Assembly (NCBI GenBank): GCA_030704615.1
Contig: CM060731.1
Location: 42,656,001 to 42,720,000, forward strand
DNA length: 64,000 nucleotides
Direction of reading: 5' to 3'
From: Takakia lepidozioides
Lineage: Eukaryota > Plantae > Bryophyta
Shown here piece after piece: positions 10,484 to 24,106 of the stretch (position 1 is the first letter of the stretch; the number at the start of each line of letters is the position of its first letter). The translations under genes were made by a program, and so were the position numbers. Under the pieces are notes generated by a model. The model searched no databases. It saw only the letters and a list, made by a program, of their open reading frames with translations, and had not been told where the DNA came from.

Positions 10484-12210
10484 TTAAAGGAACGAGAAAA
10501 GGCTTTTGCAGCCCATATATTCATGTTGTCCAACAGGCGAGGGACTGACTGTGCTGGGACTTTCACATTCCAGTTTTTCTCCTTGCAACCTGCAACGGCC
10601 CAAATGATTAAGGCCAAGCACATAACTTAGTAGCTGCACCTCAATATCATGCTGAAAAAAGCTCATCATGAAGCCAATGGGTACGCACCGTCCGAAAAGG
10701 CTTTTGCGGCCCATGAATTCATGTCGTCCAGCAGGAGAGGGACTGACTGTGCTGGGACTTTCACATTCCAGTTTTTCTTCTTGCAACCTGCACTGGCCCA
10801 AATGAGTTAGGCCAAGCCAAGCACATGACTTAGTAGCTGCACCTCAATATCATGTTCCAACAATAAAAGAACGTAAAAAAAAGCTCATCATGAAGCCAAT
10901 GGGTACGCACCGTCCGAAAAGGCTTTTGCGGCCCATGAATTCATGCCGTCCAGCAGGAGAGGGACTGACTGTGCTGGGACTTTCACATTCCAATTTTTCT
11001 TCTTGCAACCTGCACTGGCCCAAATGAGTTAGGCCAAGCCAAGCACATGACTTAGTAGCTGCACCTCAATATCATGTTCCAACAATAAAAGAACGTAAAA
11101 AAAAGCTCATCATGAAGCCAATGGGTACGCACCGTCCGAAAAGGCTTTTGCGGCCCATGAATTCATGCCGTCCAGCAGGAGAGGGACTGACTGTGCTGGG
11201 ACTTTCACATTCCAATTTTTCTTCTTGCAACCTGCACTGGACCAAATGAGTTAGGCCAAGCCAAGCACATGACTTAGTAGCTGCACCTCAATATCACGCT
11301 CCAACAATAAAAGAAAGTAAAAAAAAGCTCATCATGAAGCCAATGGGTACGCACCGTCCGAAAAGGCTTTTGCGGCCCATGAATTCATGTCGTTCAGCAG
11401 GAGAGGGACTGACTGTGCTGGGACTTTCACATTCCAATTTTTCTTCTTGCAACCTGCACTCGCCCAAATGGGTTAGGCCAAGCCAAGCACATAACTTAGT
11501 AGCTGCACCTCAATATCATGCTCCAACAATAAAATAAAGTAAAAAAAAGCTCATCATGAAGCCAATGAGTACGCACCGTCCGAAAAGGCTTTTGCAGCCC
11601 ATAAATTCATGTCGTCCAGCAGGAGAGGGACTGACTGTGCTGGGACTTTCACATTCCAATTTTTCTTCTTGCAACCTGCACTGGCCCAAATGAATTAGGC
11701 CAAGCCAAGCACATGACTTAGTAGCTGCACCTGCACCTCAATATCATGCTCAACCAAAAAACAAGAAAAAAAGCTCAACATGAAGCCAATGAGTACGCAC
11801 CGACCAAAAAGGTTTTTGCAGCCCATAAATTCATGTTGTCCAACAGGAGAGGGACTGACTGTGTTGGGACTTCCCCATTCCAGTTTTTCTCCTTGCAACC
11901 TGCACCGGCCCAAATGAATTACGCTCCTGTTGGACGACATGAATTTATGGGCTGCAAAAGCCTTTTCGGTCGGTGCGTACTCATTGGCTTCCTGATGAGC
12001 TTTTCTTTTTTCTTTTCTTTTATTGTTGGAGCATGATATTGAGGTGCAGCTACCAAGTTGACTGTGTTGGGACTTCCCCATTCCTGTTTTTCTCCTTGCA
12101 ACCTGCACTGGCCCAAATGAATTATGCCAAGCACATAACTTGGTAGCTGCACCTCAATATCATGCTCATAAGAAAAAAACTCGTCATGAAGTCAATGAGT
12201 ACGCACCGAC
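10484..12210 (-). repeat. tandem array of ~222-bp intron+exon units downstream of the MER3 coding region (6 intact 99-nt exons, 1 inversion-disrupted copy, 1 terminal exon)
   Basis: Each minus-strand unit is a GTGCGT donor ... TGCAG acceptor plus a 99-nt exon. Exons at 11801-11899, 11577-11675, 11355-11453, 11133-11231, 10911-11009 and 10689-10787; terminal exon 10484-10589 ends MGCKSLFSFL*. Confidence 0.9.
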
Positions 12211-12231
12211 AGGGACTCTCATTTTCAGGAT

Positions 12232-15200
12232 TTAGAGTTTAAAGGTTCTGGTGCAGCAACACCTTGATGTGGTGGCCAGGGTGTCTCCAGGGGACTTCTT
12301 CAAGTCGTTTTGCAGAGAGGCATGAGTTGGATATGTCAAAAGCACTGCCAGAGATGTACGTCGGTGCTTCTTGAGGCATGGCATTGGTTGTTCTTCAGGC
12401 GCACTATCTTCATGGTGTGCAATTCTGGCATCTCTGCCCTGCAGCAGATGCCCAGGGGGAGGGCGGTTTGTGCACTTCAATGACTCCCACTGCGCCACTG
12501 GCTCCTCTGATGAATCAGGAAGACCCTTGCCAGCTCCAGACCGTGGACTGTCATAGACAAACATCTTGCAGAAGAGATCAACTGCAACTGCACCCATGCA
12601 GGAGTATTTTTCAAAATGCAATTACACAAGTCCAGTTTGACAACCTCTGCCTGCCCAGAAAGTACTTATTTTTATCGTAATGATAAACACAATGGACACA
12701 CCTGAACAATATACGGTAGTGCATCCTAATAAAACACACAGAAGGCGGCTTGAAAGTTGGGGGACAGACATACCATATTCATCAGAGATAAGAGCAGCAT
12801 TTATATCACAATGTTGTTCATTCGAAACTCGGGTGGCACAGATAGTGATGGTGTAAGGGCTGCACAGTTGGTTCAACTGCATTGTCAACACTAGCTCATG
12901 GGAAAACACGTTGGGTATTCTTAGATGTACAGTTCTATACTTGTCCTACTTTTGCCTACAAGCTGGCTAGTGTATTTCATGTTGTCAATGAGGTAGAATG
13001 AGCTCACCTGGAGAATTGATCCAACCTGTCAAGGACAGAGCACGGCAGAAGAAGCTTAGCACTTTGATCAAGGGCAGGTCATGACACAAAATCACAATTT
13101 CTGCTGGACCTTAATCCTAAAGCACAGTACCTGATTCTTTCATGATACAAAAGCCTGTTATCAGTCTCACTTCCCACCACCTGAACATGCCAACACAAAA
13201 CCAGGAGATACAGAGAACAGAATATAGAAGACTACGCCAGAAGCTGTGTGGGTTACATCAGTCATCAGACAGGTTCAGAAAACATCAAGAAAAGCCCTGG
13301 GACCACCTTTAAAAATACCTTCCCTCTGGCCTTCTAATTCCAGAAGATAGAGAGATCACAGTGTAAAAGATTACTCCAGATTTCTAGAAAGCCATGTGAA
13401 AATAAGCAGCTATGTCAGGCACCAGACAGGCTCAGGAAACATCTTCATGAACAAAAGAAAGGAAACAAGCCCCTTCATCATTGAAAGCACTTTCCCTCTA
13501 GCTTCCTCCTTTGTAGACATGTATTATGCATAGGTATACAAACACTACCAATGCATAAGGAGTACACACCAGGTCTGCCACATGCTTGCTGGATGGCTTT
13601 GACTGTGAATGTCGAGTGAGTGTGAGCCTTAAGTCATTCTTTCCATGAGACATCAGAAACAGCTTCATTTCAACTTTTGGTGGTAGCACATCCAAACCAT
13701 CTTTCACTTGATTTCCATATGGGTATTTGCGCCCCAAAATGGATTCCAGGCGCCGAGGATCAGCTACTGCTAATTTCTTGAAGGAGTCCACACCTGCCTT
13801 GAGCAAAGCCTGCACTGTGCATAGTTATAAGTTACTTGGAGTCCCAAGAACCAAAACCGTCTCTCTTAAATTGGAACGCAACTCTCCAAGAACACCCAGC
13901 TCCACTATGCTTTCAACGATAAGGCACCACGTACTAATTTCTACTTTTCTTTCTCCCACAACCTACGGATAGAGACTGGCAGATGGGAAAACCTGCAACG
14001 GGAGGACCGCCTATGTCCAGCTTGCATAGGGCGCAGCAAGGAAATTGAAACTGAAGAACACTTCTTCTTCTACTGCCCTCTATACTACGAGATCCGTGGG
14101 AGATTCCACTGTTTATTCAGTGGAACCCAAACTCTCACTGATGTCTTCCACTATGAGGATCAAAAATGCTTGGCAGCCTACCTACACGAGGCCTTCACCC
14201 TTAGACAATCGCTAGAACATTAATTGTGGTTTCTGGATTTGTTCCTCTCTCATGTTTTCTTACATTTTGTCCCATAAGCTCTATGAGCTTTCCGCGGACG
14301 TTATAAGCACCATTTCATTTCATTCATTTCATTTCTCCCATGCCTCTCTGTACCCCCTGTGGATGTTTTCTTCGTCTTCTGATGAAAAAGCATCACTGAA
14401 ATTAAAGCACCTTTGCAGTGACTGGGCCAATGCCAGGGAGCTGTTTTAGTTGGTAGCAAGTGCCCTCCCAGAGCCGCTGCTTGAGGCATTTAGACAACGT
14501 GAGAGCACACTGTGCCTCTCTGTATCTTTTCATGAATATGAAATACTCACTCACACAGCGACAAATCCGATTCCCACTTGTACAAATACCATTCACATCC
14601 TGTTGCAAGCAAATCAGTGGAGTATTACTGCAAGGTTGCAAGCATCATTGCATAATTGAGGTGGTGAGTGAAGTAAGTTGCAGTCTACCCTAATTCTATC
14701 AAAGGATGGGATATTATCAAATGGGCGTCTCAGGAACAGACTAAGAGTCCCCAAGATTGGGCTCACAGGTCTTGATAGCATCAGCAAGAGAAAGGAAAGG
14801 ATTGGGGATGGGTGGCTTATCTTGGGTTTGACTGCATACCTGGTTCATTGTAAAGTCCAGGGAGGACGGCTCTCCAGACAGTGCATCATTGACCAACACA
14901 AATATCTTCTCATGGTCTGTCTGAATCCGCTTCTTAATTTTTCCATTTGGCGCATTTACATGAAACCTGACTCTGCCACTGGTGTCATTGTTGATATCAT
15001 TCAGTCTCTTCTTCTCATCCCGGCGTAGCTTGATCCCTGTCCACATACAAGACCATCATTTCTAGAAGCATATCAGGCGATACCCCTGGATTCTCTGAAA
15101 AGTGAGGAAGGATTATCCATACATGATAGTTCATTTGCCGTTGACAAGACATGAAGAAGGTCCTCCAGTTTGCTCTTCTCAGGAACATTCGTTATTGATT

Positions 15201-18200
15201 TCATTGTCTCGAATCGCATGTAGTACTTAGCCATTAATCGTCCTGGTTCTACACATACAATCCACTTCAGTGAGCAAACAGAACAGGTTCTCATTCAAGC
15301 CAAACAGGAGAAACTGTTACAAAGACCATTCCAACTCCACTCAATCAGAGAAAGCCACCACCACTGGCACCCAAGCTGTAATGACCTGGCCACTTCACTT
15401 CATAAAGAAATTTGCATGATGCATATCAATGTGTATCTCTGAGTAAATTCTAGCGACCGGCTCCATTTACAGTACTGTTGTATCTCAGAGTTCTACAGTT
15501 TGTATAAGGAATGCATTTCTGAGTATGTGAACAATCAGAAAAGGTTGCCTTCTAAGATGCTCAAGGAGGAGTACCATAGAGGATGCTATAGTGGTGTCTA
15601 AATTTGTCAACACTCGAAAATTCACACGCTGAAACACCGAGGAAATTCTGATCCTTACCCAGTGGCTTTAGAGTGAAGCCAAATTCATCTGACTGAATCA
15701 TTCCATATCTGGCTAGTTCATTCACGTTCTGCAAACAAATGTCTGGAAGAGAGAAGATGTCACTGTATATCCAACAAGGATAGAAAGTGTTTAAAAACCC
15801 CTTTGGGAAGATAGCATCACACTTCAATGAATAGTTGGACAGGTCTGACCTTTTAACTTATTTTCCAGTTGCTCTTCTGAAACCCCGGTTCGGATTTTGT
15901 AATGTTGTGGGTTCTGCATCAAACACCAGTAAGTTGTAGACATTGCAATCAGCTACATGTGAAAACAAATATGAAAATGGTACAGAAGACCAGTACTGGC
16001 CATGGGTAAGGAAAAATGACCTTCTTAATGCGCACGTACAAGAATGAACACTTGAGCCAGTCTATGGCTAGACCAACATCTGAGATTGTCATGAGCACAA
16101 TCTCTGCATTCAAATGCTCCACAATTGATGGAAGGAGCCTGGCATGCCGTTCCAGGGAAAAGCAACTGTCAGAACCCCTCTTAGACCAACACTCGTCAAA
16201 CCACTTGAAGAACCCAACCTTGACTCAACACTACAATAGCCACTTACTCTGATTCAACTGGTTCTGAGCCAGAAAGTAGATTCTGGTACAAATGGACCTG
16301 TGAAAAAGCAGGAACAACCCAGCTCTATGTATTAGAAAGGATCTTCAACAGCTTCTTTCACTTTGCAATCCACATGCCAACAGGTGACACACGACCTGCA
16401 TGACAAATGAGCTCAACTGACCTTCCAAACCCTCACAACAACCCTCATGAAAGCAGATTGCTATTGCTAGCATTTATACTTTATACCATCGACCCAAAGT
16501 CCAACTCAATATCTGAAACTGAGTTCCAATAAATTATTTCCTTTCTTCACCATCAATGAGAAAGAGCATGGGAAAGGATACACTGGAGTGGCAATCATGT
16601 GTCTATGTGCTACCCAACTGAACCTACAGACAAAGCATGGTAATGACACAAGGGAAAACACTCACTGTTTTCCTGTGTGTCATGATGACAACTATCCCAC
16701 TGTCATCAAACTGTGGTCTACCTGCACGTCCACTCATCTGGCAAGAAAGGCACATTGTCACAATGGTGACATTGCTGCTGCGTCACAAGTGTTAGAAAGA
16801 TGTTCATCTGGGTTGGTGGTACTAAACACACTTCTGCCTTAATATGCAATTTGGGCTACTTCTCAAAACTCTAACACTGCTCACAGGATGAACCACCTCA
16901 AAGGAATCATAATCACCTGAGAAAAATTGTCACAGTGAGGACAAGAATGTAACACATCAACACTCAGTGATGAGTCAATAGTTGAAGAAAAATGTTCAAT
17001 AGGCATGTTACCTGTAGTATTGTCGAGCGATCATATTCCATGTAGCCGCCTTTCTCCTTGTTACTGGCGTAGCAGTGAAAGTGCATTTTGTTCATCATTG
17101 ATCACCCATAACGAAATAACTCCAGCACATTCACTATGATAGCAGTTGGAGATAAGACATACAATGACGACCCTTGCCCGTGCAAATATTACTATACCAG
17201 GTAGAGGACACTTCTGCTGCTGGTAGCTCTGCCTCTGCATCCAATCTCCTGGACAAAGAAAACCTATTATGAGGAAGAACTGCTCAGATATGCAAACACA
17301 AGAGTAGTGCACGGACTTACTAGTACTGCGTTGACTTGATGATAACCGAACGAGCTGGCAAATTTACGCCATGTGCAAGTGTGTTGGTTGTGCATAGCAC
17401 TCGGAGATCACCCTTCAGAAATAATCCTTCCACTAGATTGCGATCACTCAAGCCAAGCCCACCATTGTGGAACCCCACTGCAAAATACAGGTGGATTAAT
17501 CATATCCATGTCATAAGCAGCCTGGCTAGTAACACTCTGAATGCACCTCCTTGTAAATAGCTCTGGCTTGGGAGCTTCAATGCCAACCATTCATGTCCCT
17601 GCAAGGACCAGCTCTGCATATGCATGAAGCAGATTCACTACAATTCTAGGGTTATATACAGCGCTGCAAAACAAATCCAGAAATTCTATGTAACTGAGGT
17701 ACAAGTTTGGATGAAAGCAGTAAGTCTACTGGGTATGACTATTACCTCCACATTTGATGCATCTCTGCATGTGTGCATCATTTGTCAGTAGAGCAGCCTC
17801 TTGCAATAACTGATAGTGCTCCTGACTTCTAATGAATGGGTTTTGAGTGCCAAGTTTCAACACAGTCTCGGCTAGGGTGACAGCAGCATCCTGTGCTCCT
17901 TTCCTGGTAGAGCAGAAGACCAGCGATGGCTTTCCTTCCCCATGTTGGATAAGGATATCTGAGTACAGGTACAAAGAGCGCTTTTTCAGTTGGTTCCCCC
18001 TTGTACATTCCACAAGCAGCCTTTAACCAAGCAGAATCAATGTTAAAACTTATTATTGAAAGATTGAAATGTATTGCGTCTTACCAAAAAGGAAGTTCTG
18101 GAGTCTCTGGTCAATGAACCATATTTCAAGACAAACATTGTTGAGTCAGAACCTTGAGGAATGAGTGAGGAGAATTAATAGTACTAACTGTGTCCTTTTA

Positions 18201-20905
18201 GGCATGGTTGATTTGCAAATTATTGCCTCTATTACAGTCAACTTCATGCACCTTACAGCCACATGCAACTCTATATCCCATGGTCAATTCTCTCAGTCTC
18301 CCTCAAGGGAGATGGGAACCAATCACTTCCTTGACAACAAAGCACAACCACCATATTGCAAGCATGGCAAGCAGATTACGTGGTTCCATGATTCAAACTT
18401 ACTTAGCTCGTACCTAGAGAGTGAATGCAGATTAGTCACTCCATTTTTAGGACACAAAGTATGGCCCAAAGGCAAAGGGTGGAAAGGGAAGAGAAGAAAA
18501 GCTCCTCTGAAAGCTGATTGTGAAGAGTGCCTACCCTTTCAAACAAAAAATCGTTCTTAGCTGGGGCATAACCTGCATTCAAATGAATAAACTTGGAATC
18601 CAGATGCTGATTTATGTCTGACGAAGGGTTTGACCTTCATCACAAGAGCTGTAAGCTTAAGAAAGCCCGCATATAAGTGAAGAGTGACAGAAGGGAGGCA
18701 GGGGTTCGCCATACTACAGCTGATACCAGGGGATCCCAACTTTGCAATCGCACCTCACAGTCACAAGGTTGCATGACATTCTGCAATACTGTCCAACAAA
18801 TGTCCCAACTCCCTTTTTAAGGCACTGTTACCAAGCATTATCCCAAGCACACTTGTGAGGTAGAACAAGAACCGGAAGAGGAGTACCATAAACTTTGGTG
18901 TTCAGTTTCACAGGCCGCATTTCTTCTCCAAATCTGATGCACAAAAATTCGGAACAAAAGTAAGGATGGCAGATGCAACAGATCATGGAGCCTTTTCAGC
19001 AACAGGCATCAAACACAAAGGTTGGGATAGGTCAACCTTTTTATCCCTTTCTTGGAGACTCGCAGCCATTCCGCTGCAAAGAAAAAAGATAACAACTCCT
19101 TTTGCAATATCAGTTGCAAATACCAAACACTATCAAGATTAAGAATGAATTAACTGGTTACTCAGTGAACTCCATGACATCATTATATATTTATCTTCCA
19201 AAGAAGCAAGCATCTTTCAGTTTCCAATGACCTCTTTTCTGCTGATCTTCATCACATTTATTCAAAAGGAGTCATGCTTGTCACATGGTACAAAATATGT
19301 TCTCACAAAGGACCTATGCATCACATGTGGATCGGCATGAAGTACATATCTAAATCAGGAGGGTGACTCTGGTATTATGTTCAGCTCCAATACTCCAGTA
19401 TTGAACCTCAAGATCTTCTATTCGAAAAAGGTACGATGCTCTCAAAGTGAACCGTTGTCTAACTAGCTAGCTAGCTCGACTAACTCTTGGATACACAAAG
19501 GTTTTGCTCTAAAGAAAAAGAAAGTGAATTACCAACGTCCTCAATGTTGGGAATGGTGGCGGACACAGCAATAAGACGGATGCCAGCAAGAGGGCAGCTA
19601 TGCATCTCAGGATAACGTGCCAACATCTTCATTCTGCTAACGACTGCCTCTAAAGCTGCACCACGGGAATCACTGAGGAGGTGGACCTCATCAATCAAGA
19701 GAAGAGATATGTCGCCAAAAAAACTTAATCCTCCATGATTTCGGTGACGACGGGTGATGGAATCAAATTTCTGCACACATTCTTTCTAGCGTTAAAATCT
19801 ACCAGGCCACCAGGACCTGGCTAACGAATTTGAGAACAGAAGAGGAACAGGTAGGCACAAGGCATTGAGATACCTCCGGGGTAGTCAAAATAATATCTGT
19901 TTCTTGCATTTCCTGAACATTTGATACATCAGTGTCTCCAGTTAATTCCTGGCACTTCAATCCCAATGAGCTGAATCTCTGACTCCAGTCTCTTAGTTTC
20001 TCCTGGACAAGGGCCTTCATTGGTGCAATGTACACCTGCAACCATGAAGGAAAAGACCAAGTCGGCTCTGTGGAATCATGCTTGTCCACGTTACCAGCAG
20101 GATAATTTCAATAACAGTCTTCCCCCTTAGCCAACATGGTCATCATCGTTGAGAAAAGTTAAAACAAAAGCAGTTCGTCACACCTCCGGGATTACAGAGA
20201 GCATATACTTACAGTCTTCAGAGCACCAGGCACATGGTTGAAATTGCTCTCAGTCAAGGAGCTGGTGAGAAGCTGCAAAATGCACAGCTCGAAGAGCACA
20301 GTTTTCCCACTCCCTGTAGGCGCAGAAATAACCATATTCTCATGTGAAAGGTAAGCCTCTGCAAAGCTCTCACTTTGGACAGCGTTGAAGTATCTGTATG
20401 AAAACAGACCACGCTGCAGCATTTTGAGCTATAATTTACCACAGGCAGGAGAAAATGCATCAACAGCAGAAAGTCACCTCCAAATTTAGGTGTTGAACTG
20501 CATGGTTACTTCAATTATCGTACATACTTTAAAGTTTCGCTGGAAACTGCCTCCTGAGTATTCTTCGGAGAACTAACATACCTCCACATAATCTCAGCTC
20601 CTCCAGCTATAATTCAATTGGAGCGAGAGGTACTCTGTCTCAGAATGACACGACTAAACATCATTATTCTACCCGAACTTACTTTCCAACGATACTGAAT
20701 TCAGTTCCTGCACAGTATCAGCTGCTCTTCGCATTCGCAGATTCTCCAAATAATCATGCCTTTCGTCTTCTTGGCATTAACTGTAACGAATGTGATCCTC
20801 TATTAACAATCTATAACGAACTGACCTGAAGGGAAAGACCGAGCGAAATGGTGGAGGCAAGCATGATACGGGCTTCAGAAAATCCGAATCCTGATACGGA
20901 TCCAT
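12232..20905 (-). CDS. MER3: MER3/HFM1 (ROCK-N-ROLLERS) DExH-box meiotic crossover helicase, 24 exons, ~958 aa as assembled
   Basis: Exons with consistent GT-AG phases: 20905-20826, 20393-20213 (APTGSGKT), 20035-19874, 19770-19533 (DEVH, SAT), 19073-19037, 18933-18887, 18572-18535, 18106-18085, 17958-17746, 17477-17321 ([12 protein letters not shown]), 17063-17012, 16737-16666 (MSGRAGR), 16297-16248, 16138-16021, 15913-15850, 15742-15659, 15248-15123, 15036-14840, 14599-14411, 13809-13570 (Sec63 region), 13180-13131, 13025-13008, 12859-12774, 12587-12232. Confidence 0.93.
13830..14222 (+). mobile_element. 3' fragment of an RTEX/RTE-like LINE in a MER3 intron
   Basis: Translates [21 protein letters not shown]...[17 protein letters not shown], a LINE ORF2 C-terminal CCHC finger. 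Confidence 0.75.
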
Positions 20906-21370
20906 CCTCCACGAAATAGAACAGCAACAGGACAAAGATTGTGCAAGCAAACGCTGCTCACATGCTTCTACAGCATTCTCGTGATCTGCATTCTCGTCGT
21001 CTGCTCTTCGTTGTCTTCAGCTCGTATTCAAAAATGGAGATGCCGACGTGGTAGGGTCATCCATGGGCGTCATTTCTCATCCATCCATCCATCCATCCAT
21101 CCATCGGCCCAATGGACGTGGTAGTGTCATCCGTGGAGGTCATTTATCATTCATCCATCCATCGGCCCAATGGACGTGGCGGGCGGTGAAGATGCGGGCC
21201 ACCGACCGCTTATGGTCTTCGTGTTGGAGAGGAGGCAGAGATTGCGAAGGGAGTGAAGGGATTCCGAAAGCTGATCAAGTCTGTTATGTCCAGTACTGTG
21301 CTGGTCTGTGCGAAGAAGGAACGAAGGATTTTGTAGAGTTTCTCTGGGAAGGGTGTCATTTCTGGCAACC
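20906..21370. promoter_or_regulatory. bidirectional promoter shared by MER3 and the zf-DNL gene
   Basis: ATGs diverge 465 bp apart; ~60-bp tandem duplication with three ACGTGG (G-box/ABRE), two GGCCCAAT (site II plus CCAAT) and (ATCC)n. Confidence 0.65.
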
Positions 21371-23585
21371 ATGGCTGCTAGCTTGTTGTTACCAGTAGGT
21401 GCATGTGCCAGCAGCTCTCTTGTCTCTGCTGGTAGTGCTGCGAGATCTCATACCCACTGCTCTCCATCTCATGTAGCTTTGCTCCCTGTGTGTCAGTATC
21501 AGTCGAGCTATGTGAAATTGAAAGAGAGGGCAGGACCTTTCTTTCTGCATGATAGACACTGGGCTTTGCCGGCTATCAGTGCTGCGTCCAGAACATCTGA
21601 CGCCTATGAGGATCATTCTTCTTCTGGTATGTCACACTTTCCTGACTGTACACGGGGGATCCTTCCCAATTTGGTATTCTCTCTGACCACACCTTTTGTG
21701 TTACATTCGTTTGTATTGTGTCCAAATTAGCTGTTTTGAAAATTGCGTTAGGCCAGTCAATGTAGCGCGGGTTCCTCATTTATGATCAGTTGATTTAGAA
21801 CAGTGAGAGGCTGCTGTGACCCTTGCTGAACAAGGAGGGGACTTGTAAAAGTTATTGTGTGGGGCATGTCAAGGGGTATGACCTGATAGGAACTGGCAGA
21901 GCCGTTTTGTGAAACTGGTTAGTTGCGTTGAGTCCTCTGAGAATTGGCAACTTCGCAATAGAAAGTTTCTTAATGACAGTTTTTGATTTGTAGAACATGG
22001 GAATTTCCAAAAGTTGATGTGCGGACCATGGCAGGGACGGAATGGAAATCTGAGGAGCTGGGAAATGGTGTTTCTTCTCAGATATGGGAGGACCAAGGAA
22101 CCTCTGGCGTAGGTGGCCTCGTTCTGTCACAGGCCCGCAGCCCTCTGCAGCCTTTGTCTCAGGTCTGTTACCTGGCTATCTATCTGGACATTCTGTTCTA
22201 GATCACCGCCACAGGTGAGCGTAGTGTATTCCCCTAGCAGGCAGAAAGGTTTCGTATGCACCCTGTCATGTGGAAATGGAATTGAAGATTTGTCTAGGCA
22301 CTGACTCCAATGTGCCGGAGATAAGCTTCACCACCTCAAAGAGTATCTTTGGACCTAGTCGGACCAGGGATTGCCTTGCTAGGGAAGAACAGCGTTTTGA
22401 TGTGGTTAAAGGATTTGCAATTTGGCCAGTAGCAACTAGACATTGTTCACTGATGGAAGGATTGAGGATGATGGTTCATGAACTCAGGATGCGGCAATGG
22501 GATTGGTATTGCGGGCAGTAGGAGTAGGGACTGGGTGGACTACAGGGTCTGGCTTGGAGGGCCCTTCAGGTTCCTGTGAAAGTGCTGGTGGGGAAGGGCC
22601 CACAGAGATGCCCAAGCCCATTTTGAGCAACTCACCACGACGTCGCATGCGCGTGGCCTTCACTTGTAATGTCTGTGGGCACCGAACTACACGTGCAGTA
22701 AACCCCCATGCCTACACCGATGGCACTGTCTTTGTGCAGGTCTGTAGTGCTTTGTGATTTCTTCTTGAATGTATTCTGCTTGCACAAATGGGCCAGATTG
22801 CAATTCATTGAAGAATCTTTAAAATCCGTGGAAGGAAAGTTCTTTCAGGTACTAGATAATATACATTTGCATGCAGGATGGACTTAATGACAAAAGAGAA
22901 ATTGGATATGAATTTACCTGCACAGCTCCACTAACTAGGTCCTTCATAAAATTGAAATGCACTTGCATATCCTGCCAACCGCCAAAGCGGCAGATGGGAG
23001 TCCTCTCTGAAATTTCGGTTTCACTCCCTCATTGAAGGTGACAAGGCTGGACTCACTCTGTAAATAAACAGGTCTGTTTGGAATTGTTTTTCTTGTTACC
23101 TGCCCAAGAAGTGGCCAACTGTAAGGCGTTCTTATCTGTTCCTAATGGTAAAGCACTTCACTGTTTCTTCAACTTTGGTTTCATCACCCATAGTAATAAG
23201 CTGCACACCTCAAAACTATGATCTGCTGCTTGCTGTACGTGTAGGACTTCCCATTTTCCTGGAGCGGTTGGGAAGAAGTCCGGCCCAGGGACTTGAGTGG
23301 AATAAGTATTGGTTAAAATGGGAGGAGTTCTGAATGTTGTGGCTACACAAGTCATCTTCTATAAGTAGTTCAGGGCCCCTATGCTTCTGTAGTCTCTGAG
23401 AGATTGTGTCGTGTTTGTGGACAATATTGCAGTGTGGAGGATGTGATGTGTTCCACAAACTGGTGGACAATCTGAACTTGTTCCATGAGCTGAAAGGGCG
23501 GATATATGAAGGTTGTGATGGTCTCGACTTTGGGAACCACAAGCCTTACGATTTTCTGAGGATCGATGACTTGCCACTCCTGTAG
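21371..23585 (+). CDS. plastid zinc-ribbon zf-DNL protein (Zim17/HEP2/ZR1-like Hsp70 escort)
   Basis: Transit-peptide-like exon from 21371; exon 22488-22739 GWTTGSGLEGP...SPRRRMRVAFTCNVCGHRTTRAVNPHAYTDGTVFVQ; exon 23433-23585 CGGCDVFHKLVDNLNLFHE. A middle exon near 21990-22162 is unresolved. Confidence 0.85.
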
Positions 23586-24106
23586 TGTATCAAAGTTCTG
23601 TCCAGTTTCATTGACGGCAATTGCTCTTCTTCGCCAGCTATCTCTCACATGGTCGGTTTAGGAAGGAAAAGCAGTTACTTAATTTGGAGATGTATGTATT
23701 GTACATAATTCTCATGTGTGCCAATTTGCAACATTTGTGACTCTGATCCTTTGCTCCCCTCTGTGGGATTAGAAAAATTGGTGGGTCTGTTTCAGCCCCG
23801 TATTGAGTATTGAGGGTTCATTTTACCAAGTAGCAGAGTTTGGGAGATTCACCTTTGTGGAAGCATATGGTCTTATTTTCAGCTCAGTTTTTCTTGGTGA
23901 CTCTTCAGTGTGCATGGAGAATTGAGGTTGCAGTTTGTAATGGCTTCATTCTTAGCTGGTACCTTCCCCATGTATGTTAAGCTCATGTGAGGTTATTTCA
24001 GCAAATGTCATTTCACAACAACTGCATGCCTTGGGGTACACATACAGGAATTGTGTGTTAATTATGTACCTTTGGTTTGAAGCTAGAGAACAAAGAAGCA
24101 CGACTG

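Noticed and set aside
10484-12210. CRISPR-like or centromeric satellite interpretation of the array
   Set aside because: No unique spacers; the units are whole-length duplicates with splice signals and derive from the MER3 3' end.
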